In this document: positions 58,160 through 64,000 of the stretch, in pieces
How the letters are laid out: the number at the start of each line of letters is the position of its first letter
Position numbering within the stretch: position 1 is the stretch's first letter
Origin: Candidatus Latescibacterota bacterium
Lineage (GTDB): Bacteria > Latescibacterota > UBA2968 > UBA8231
Assembly (NCBI GenBank): GCA_963422735.1
Contig: OY730476.1
Span: 3,776,001-3,840,000 of the forward strand
Length of the DNA: 64,000 nucleotides
Direction: 5' to 3'
Translations under genes and position numbers: made by a program
The notes under the pieces: generated by a model
Seen by the model: only the letters and a program-made list of their open reading frames with translations
Told to the model about the DNA's origin: nothing
Databases searched by the model: none

Positions 58160-58454
58160 CGCAGGATGCAGAAGTTGTAGTTGAGGCCGCGCAGCCCTGC
58201 CTTACCGGCGTTTTCAATGTATTGGCACAGCGCATCGAGGTCTCGGTCGCGCTCGGGGTCTTTGGCTAGGCTAGGCCGATGTTATCCAGCGGTGTGACGT
58301 GGACCACTCCATAGGCGGCCGCCACCTCGCGGTGCCAGACGAGGGTTGCAAACTCCATGTCCTCGACTGTGGCGTCGAAGTGGGTCACACCATGGCGGAC
58401 TAGGAATTCCATCTCGGTCTTCGAGGTACCGAAGTACTGAGTCCCTAAGTACAT
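58160..58454 (-). pseudogene. uxuA: Mannonate dehydratase-like N-terminal remnant
   Basis: MYLGTQ..., in-frame TAG at 58266, then PERDRDLDALCQYIENAGKAGLRGLNYNF; truncated afterwards. Confidence 0.65.
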
Positions 58455-58542
58455 GGGATTTGTCCCCTTTATGATGAGCTTGCGCTCTGGCGGCAGGAGA
58501 ACAGTGCGCTGGCGAATAGTGGGAGAAATCGTCTATGTAATT

Positions 58543-60196
58543 CTATCCAAAAGAGAGTTTCATTTGTTGGTCTTCTGGTGAAGTGCGGAGAGATTGAGAG
58601 GGATTTTCAGTCATTCCTTTATCACCAACGGCACTACACACCTCTCCCCAGTCAATGAAGTATTCGTCAAAATAGCGGATTGGGTATCTGCTAAACCTAA
58701 TAATATCTTCTCTATCGGGCCTGCGCCCCAGTTTTGATAGCAATTTTTTTGACTTCGATCTGTAGTGTTTTCTTTGGTACTTCGTACTTCTGTTTTTGTA
58801 GTCGTACAACTCTACTGTTTTTAGCTTTTGGAGTAGTAGCATTTTTTGCAAATGGATCCCTCCCTTTTTTCAGGTCCAAATGTCTTCGTTCGGCAATTGC
58901 ATGATATTTAGCTGACAGTTCAATTCCAATGAATTTTCTTCCAAGCATCTCGGATGTTAAGGTCGTTGTACCCGCGCCGTTAAAAGGATCTAAAACGATA
59001 TCTCCTTCTTTAGTAAAGGTATGGATAAGTCGCTTCATCAATGATGGAGGTAGTTGACATGGATGATCGATTCTTTTTGAATTGTGCTTTAGTCTATGGA
59101 TATTCCACCATAAATTTCCAATCGGCTGTCGGTCTGTAATTTTGTTTAAATTTCTCTTCTTAATACAAGAAGTTCTAACGCAATACTACGGTTTGAGGCT
59201 CATGAAGTCTTGGGGAGTTTTCCAACTGGCTTTTTTCTCGTGATTGGCAATTTCAATTGGCCGACCTTTGCTAAAGCAAGTTATTCCGTAATGTGCCGGC
59301 ATAATTTTTTTGACAGGTAAGCTCAACCCCTCCCAAGCTATCCAATCTTGGTAATCTAAAATACTTCTCGCGAAAGAAAAATGCCTAACGATCCAGAGGG
59401 GAATATTTATAATTGCAAAAGTCCGACCGGGTTTCAAAACTCTAGCTGATTCAGCTATCCATTGATCACACCATGAAAAGTAATTACTAATGTCTTGGGC
59501 ATCATTCCAGTTGTCATATTTCTTTTTTATATTATATGGAGGATCGGCAAAGATAAAATCCACGGAATTTTCAGGAATAGTTCTAAGAACATCTAGACAA
59601 TCTCCGTTGAGTAAACGACTCTCGCCGGGAGCTTTGATTATTTCATTTGAAAAGCGAAATTTTCTCCTGCTGGAGGCCTTAAAAAGTTTCCTGACATCGT
59701 AGTAAATAAGTTGACGATAGTGTTCGAGCCCAAAGAGTTCCTTTAGTCTCTCTATAATGGCTATTAGTTCTGCGTCATTATCATAAGAAATGTCGCGCTA
59801 AATATCAGACATAAGTGTACCATAGGGGCTATAAATATGCTTCTTGCCTCCGGTAGTCCTTTGTTGTTTTTTTGCAGGCAGGACAGTATGTATATGCTAT
59901 TTGAGTCCTGTTGTGCTTTAAAGAACCTTTGTAACGGGTAAAAACTAAAAGAGCGATATGGTCATCTGGTAAAGCACCCAATCTCAGTGTCTTTTTCTTG
60001 CGTTTGACAGCGATCCAAAGTTTGAGATTGACGCAGTTCTGAAATCCTTTATATAGCAAGCTATACGAGGACTTGTTAAAAAATAAATTGTACTTTCTTC
60101 GGGTAGTTCTTCAAGGAAACCGGAGAACTCTCGCTTAAGAATTTCCACAGGGATTTCACCGTCAAAATCAATTTCTGTAGTCAGGTGAAAAACCAT
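58543..60196 (-). pseudogene. N4-C/N6-A DNA methyltransferase (beta class), fragmented, low GC
   Basis: Joined frames give CPAC segment, GDCLDVL..IPENSVDFIFADPPYN, HPCQLP, VLDPFNGAGTT, FIGIELS and GRRP.RED tail; about four frameshifts and two in-frame TAGs. Confidence 0.88.
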
Positions 60197-60351
60197 ACAT
60201 TCGACTGTAGAGACTTTGACGATAATTTTTGAAAATCTTCAAATGTTCTTATTGATATATCTAAAGGCTTGCAGTTCTCACTCCGGTGAGCCATTTTGGT
60301 CATCTCCTTACGGCGCGAAAATCTGAATCAGTGCAACAGGCTAAGCGCAAT

Positions 60352-62241
60352 CTACAGCAGCTTGCAGCCTTCCAGTTCTTTGGTACTCAGGCGGACGCCG
60401 CCGGCGCGGAGCCCGCGCACTGGATATTGGCCGATGGGGAAGACCTCGTTGAGCTTGCGAAGTCGTGGCTTGGGCTTGTAGGCGAGGGCGATCTTTTTGT
60501 CGGAATCAGTAGTCAGCTTGAGCAGCTTGCACTCAGCGGGCACGAGATCGTAGCTGCGGCCTAAGATGAATTTGTCGATTGTGCAGCGCTTGATGTAGGA
60601 AGCACCGGCCTTGTCCTTATAAACGATGCTGAAAATTAGGTTTTTGTCGATCAAGTCGCAGTGGAGCAAGCCTTTGCCGACGAAGAGCTTGTCCGGCACT
60701 TGGATGACCGAATAGGTGCCGTCCCTGCGGATGGCGAGCACAGAGTCGTAGAGCGATACGTCGCAGAGGGAGGCGCCGTTGATTTGGTGGCCGAGATAGC
60801 CGGTCTTTTTGTCGTAGCGGAGCTTGAGATTGCGGTTGGCAGCCAAGCGTACATCGACTCTTTTGATTTCCACGATTTCGGTGCGGCGCGGGAACTGATC
60901 GCGGTATTTGTCGATGAGGCCCTGGATAAAGGCGATGGTGTAGGGGATAATACTATCCAAATGCTTCTTGATCTGGCCCAATCGGGCGCGGATCTCCTTC
61001 ATCTCTTTTTGGGCGCGATTGATGTCGTAGCGCGAGATGCGGCGGATCGGGATCTTGAGCAGGGTCTCGATATCGTCGTCGGTTATATCGCGTTTGATCT
61101 GAGGGGCAAAAGGCCAAAGCCCAGTGCGCACTGCCAAGTCGACTTCGGCAGTGGAGGTCTGCTCCTCAATGGCTTTATAAATGCGGTTTTCGATAAAGAT
61201 CAGTTCTATGATCTTGGCGTGGAGCCTGTCGTTGAGTTGCTCGGCTTCGAGCTGGAGCTCGGCCTTGAGGGTATCGACGAGGCGATCGACGTTGTGTTGC
61301 AGAACTTCAGTGGCACTCCTGACTTGGGGGCGATCATGCTCGTTGATCAGCATTAGATTGGCCGAAATAGACAGCTCGCAGTCGGTGAAGGCGTAGAGTG
61401 CATCCACGACCTCCTCGGTGTAGGTGCCGCGCGGCAGCTTGATCTCGATCTCGACTTTTTCGGCGGTGTAGTCAGAGATGGTGCCGATCTTGATCTTGTT
61501 CTTGCGCGCGGCGTCTTCGATTGAGGCGATAAGCTGTTCGGTGGTGGTGCCAAAGGCGAGCTCGCGGATGACGATGCGCTTGGGGTCGGAGGTGTCGAGC
61601 CGGGCGCGGACTAAGATTTTGCCATTGCCGTCGTTATATGCGGAGAAATCGGCTAGGCCGCCGGTGGGGAAGTCAGGGTGGAGCTGAAAGGGCCGGTCTT
61701 GCAAGTAGGCGATTTGGGCTTCTAATAGTTCGATAAGATTGTGCGGCAATATCTTGGTAGCCATGCCGACGGCGATGCCTTCGGCACCTTGGGCCAACAG
61801 CACCGGGATCTTGGCGGGGAAAACCACCGGCTCCTGATTGCGACCGTCGTAGGAGTCGACATAGTTGGTCAGTTCCTTGTTGAAGAGCACCTGTTTGGCC
61901 AGCGGCGTGAGTCGGCACTCTATATAGCGGGCGGAGGCAGCCTCGTCGCCAGTGAAGATATTGCCGAAGTTGCCCTGTTTCTCGATGAAGATTTCCTTGT
62001 TGGCTAGCACCACGAGTGCGCCGTAGATCGACTGGTCGCCGTGTGGGTGGTACTGCATGGTTTGGCCTACTACATTGGCGACCTTGTTGAATTTGCCGTC
62101 GTCGATCTTATGCAGCGCGTGGAGGATGCGGCGCTGGACGGGTTTGAGCCCGTCGTCGATGTGCGGAATCGCACGGTCTTTGATGTAGTAGGAGGCGTAT
62201 TCGAGGAAGTAGTTGTCGTAGAGACTGTCGATATAGGCCAT
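60352..62241 (-). CDS. parC: DNA topoisomerase IV subunit A
   Basis: FLEYASYYIKDRAIP..DDGLKPVQRRIL, YHPHGD, SARYIE (catalytic Tyr), GIAVGM; short C-terminal domain with no GyrA box seen. Confidence 0.9.
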   Translation of the reverse strand: MAYIDSLYDNYFLEYASYYIKDRAIPHIDDGLKPVQRRILHALHKIDDGKFNKVANVVGQTMQYHPHGDQSIYGALVVLANKEIFIEKQGNFGNIFTGDEAASARYIECRLTPLAKQVLFNKELTNYVDSYDGRNQEPVVFPAKIPVLLAQGAEGIAVGMATKILPHNLIELLEAQIAYLQDRPFQLHPDFPTGGLADFSAYNDGNGKILVRARLDTSDPKRIVIRELAFGTTTEQLIASIEDAARKNKIKIGTISDYTAEKVEIEIKLPRGTYTEEVVDALYAFTDCELSISANLMLINEHDRPQVRSATEVLQHNVDRLVDTLKAELQLEAEQLNDRLHAKIIELIFIENRIYKAIEEQTSTAEVDLAVRTGLWPFAPQIKRDITDDDIETLLKIPIRRISRYDINRAQKEMKEIRARLGQIKKHLDSIIPYTIAFIQGLIDKYRDQFPRRTEIVEIKRVDVRLAANRNLKLRYDKKTGYLGHQINGASLCDVSLYDSVLAIRRDGTYSVIQVPDKLFVGKGLLHCDLIDKNLIFSIVYKDKAGASYIKRCTIDKFILGRSYDLVPAECKLLKLTTDSDKKIALAYKPKPRLRKLNEVFPIGQYPVRGLRAGGVRLSTKELEGCKLL

Positions 62242-64000
62242 TAGACTAGATGCTCCATAATGTAGTCGCGGCGGTCGGGGGTGTTCTTGCCCATGTAGAA
62301 GGAGAGGGTCTCGGGGACAGTGGCAAGCGAGCGGACGCCGACTTTGACCAGCCGCATATCGCCGTTGATAAACTGTCCAAATTCCTTGGGGGAAATCTCG
62401 CCAAGGCCCTTGAAGCGCGTGATTTCCGCGGTGCCCTTAAGCTTCTTTGCGGCGCGTTGGCGCTCGCGCTCATCGTAGCAGTAATGGGTCTCTTGTTTGT
62501 TGCGGACCCGGAAGAGCGGCGTCTCGAGTATATAGACGTGGCCCGAGGTGATTAGCTCTTCGAAATAGGTGAGGAAGAAGGTCATCAGGATATTGCGGAT
62601 GTGGAATCCGTCAACATCCGCGTCGGTAGCCATGACGACTTGGTTGTAGCGTAGGTTGTCGATGTCTTCTTCGATCCCGAGGGCCATCATCATATTATAG
62701 AGTTCTTCGTTTTTGTAGATGGAGGCGCGGGTTTTGCCAAAGAGGTTTTGCGGCATGCCCTTGAGGGTGAAAATGGCTTGGGTCTCCGGGTCGCGCGAGG
62801 AGACTATGGAGCCAGCGGCCGACTGCCCCTCGGCGATGAAGATCGTCGATTCCTCGCCGCGCTTCTTGTCGCCTTTGTGGTACTTGCAGTCCTTGAGTTG
62901 GGGAATTTTGATCTCGATGCGGCGCGCCGCCGCCTTGGCTTCCTTTTTTACCGCATTTAGCTCCTTACGCAGCCTTTCGTTGTGGACGATGCGCGCTTCG
63001 AGCTTTTGCGCGGTTTCCCGATTTTTGTGGAGGAAGTCGACGATGGCTTCGCGGGTCTCGTTGACGATCCAACTGCGGACGTCGGTGTTACCTAGCTTGT
63101 TTTTGGTCTGCGACTCGAAAACCGGCTCCTTGACCTTGACGGCAACCACGCCAAAGGCCCCGTCGCGGACATCGACGCCGTTGAAGGTCTTCTTGTAAAA
63201 TTCGTTGACGCCTTTGAGCACGCCCTCGCGGAACGCGCTCTGGTGGGTGCCGCCGTCGGCCGTGTACTGGCCGTTGACAAAGGAGCGGTAGGACTCGCCG
63301 TAGCTATCGACGTGGGTGAAGGCAAATTCGAGGTACTGGCCCTTGTGGTAAGCGGGCGGATAGAGAACCGAGTCGCCGGCCTCACTTTTGAGGAGGTCGA
63401 GCAGGCCCTTTTTGGACTCGAATTTTTGGCGGTTGAAGTACAGGCGCAGGCCCCGGTTGAGGCAGGCGTAGTTCCACATCCGGCGCTCGACGAACTCGTG
63501 GTTGAAGGCGCAGTCGCCAAAGATAGCTGGATCGGGCAAAAACTCGACGTACGTGCCGTCGGGCGCATTGGGCACTCGGCTCTTCTTTTGCTTTTTCAAC
63601 TCGCCACGCTCAAAGAGCACTTCGGCGCACCGGCCGTCTCGGTAGGAGCGGACGACGAAGTGGGCCGAAAGCGCGTTGACAGCCTTGGTACCGACGCCGT
63701 TGAGCCCCACGCTGAACTGGAACACATCGTCGTTGTATTTGGCACCGGTGTTGATGACCGAGACGCACTCTACTACCTTGCCGAGGGGAATGCCGCGGCC
63801 GTAGTCGCGCACCTTGACCCGCTCCTCGTCGATCTCGACGTCGATCTGCTTGCCACAGCCCATGATGAACTCATCGACGGCGTTGTCAACGACTTCTTTG
63901 AGCAGTATATAAATGCCGTCGTCGGGATCGGTACCCGAGCCGAGGCGGCCGATGTACATGCCGGTCCGCAGACGGATGTGCTCGAGTGAAGAGAGGGTCT
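62241..64000 (-). CDS. parE: DNA topoisomerase IV subunit B (5' end beyond the window)
   Basis: LEHIRLRTGMYIG, EVVDNAVDE, DYGRGIP, GLNGVG, AEGQSA, TDADVDG.HI, RFKGLGE; frame open to the window edge. Confidence 0.92.
   Translation of the reverse strand, partial: TLSSLEHIRLRTGMYIGRLGSGTDPDDGIYILLKEVVDNAVDEFIMGCGKQIDVEIDEERVKVRDYGRGIPLGKVVECVSVINTGAKYNDDVFQFSVGLNGVGTKAVNALSAHFVVRSYRDGRCAEVLFERGELKKQKKSRVPNAPDGTYVEFLPDPAIFGDCAFNHEFVERRMWNYACLNRGLRLYFNRQKFESKKGLLDLLKSEAGDSVLYPPAYHKGQYLEFAFTHVDSYGESYRSFVNGQYTADGGTHQSAFREGVLKGVNEFYKKTFNGVDVRDGAFGVVAVKVKEPVFESQTKNKLGNTDVRSWIVNETREAIVDFLHKNRETAQKLEARIVHNERLRKELNAVKKEAKAAARRIEIKIPQLKDCKYHKGDKKRGEESTIFIAEGQSAAGSIVSSRDPETQAIFTLKGMPQNLFGKTRASIYKNEELYNMMMALGIEEDIDNLRYNQVVMATDADVDGFHIRNILMTFFLTYFEELITSGHVYILETPLFRVRNKQETHYCYDERERQRAAKKLKGTAEITRFKGLGEISPKEFGQFINGDMRLVKVGVRSLATVPETLSFYMGKNTPDRRDYIMEHLV

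Noticed and set aside
5346-60196. Amber (TAG) recoding suggested by in-frame TAGs in the TIR, epimerase, uxuA and MTase genes
   Set aside because: The same genes also carry frameshifts or deletions, the TAGs replace different expected residues (E, Q, W), and intact genes such as ffh, rpsP and glyA terminate at TAG
60352-64000. gyrA/gyrB assignment
   Set aside because: The A subunit is short with no GyrA box, and both subunits match the ParC/ParE pattern

Overview
GC-rich bacterial chromosomal window. The gene content (PorX-type regulator beside tsaE, FlgD-Ig/CHU_C-tailed secreted proteins, a TAVE-x-W-xx-IK C-terminal motif, CRTAC1/ASPIC-UnbV) points to an FCB-superphylum lineage such as Ca. 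Latescibacterota; this is inference only. In order: the ffh-rpsP-rimM-trmD-rplS operon; a small decayed islet (DUF418 fragment, unannotated 38-aa sORF, TIR pseudogene); Rieske protein, temptin-like CxxCH protein and copA; a split Tm-1-like operon; assorted enzymes; a ~16 kb co-oriented cassette of nine exported proteins (PPIase, CBM9/DOMON-like protein, lipoprotein, three FlgD-Ig paralogues, a large predicted barrel protein, CRTAC1, TPR), which is the best candidate for an undescribed envelope system; xylB, glyA, a SelA-like enzyme, glk and a broken zwf; 2-phosphoglycerate kinase; bactofilin; a kinase-porX-tsaE-barrel-barrel-lipoprotein block; a DUF4143 ATPase inserted into the loop of a terminator; an Omp85-metallopeptidase operon; a decayed DNA methyltransferase; and parC/parE. 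Non-coding features include a MITE with TIRs and a 7-bp target duplication, inverted heptamer arrays 25 kb apart, about eight pseudogenes and an apparent CCWGG-erosion signature. No rRNA, tRNA or CRISPR array was seen. All family calls come from reading motifs by eye, not from database searches.
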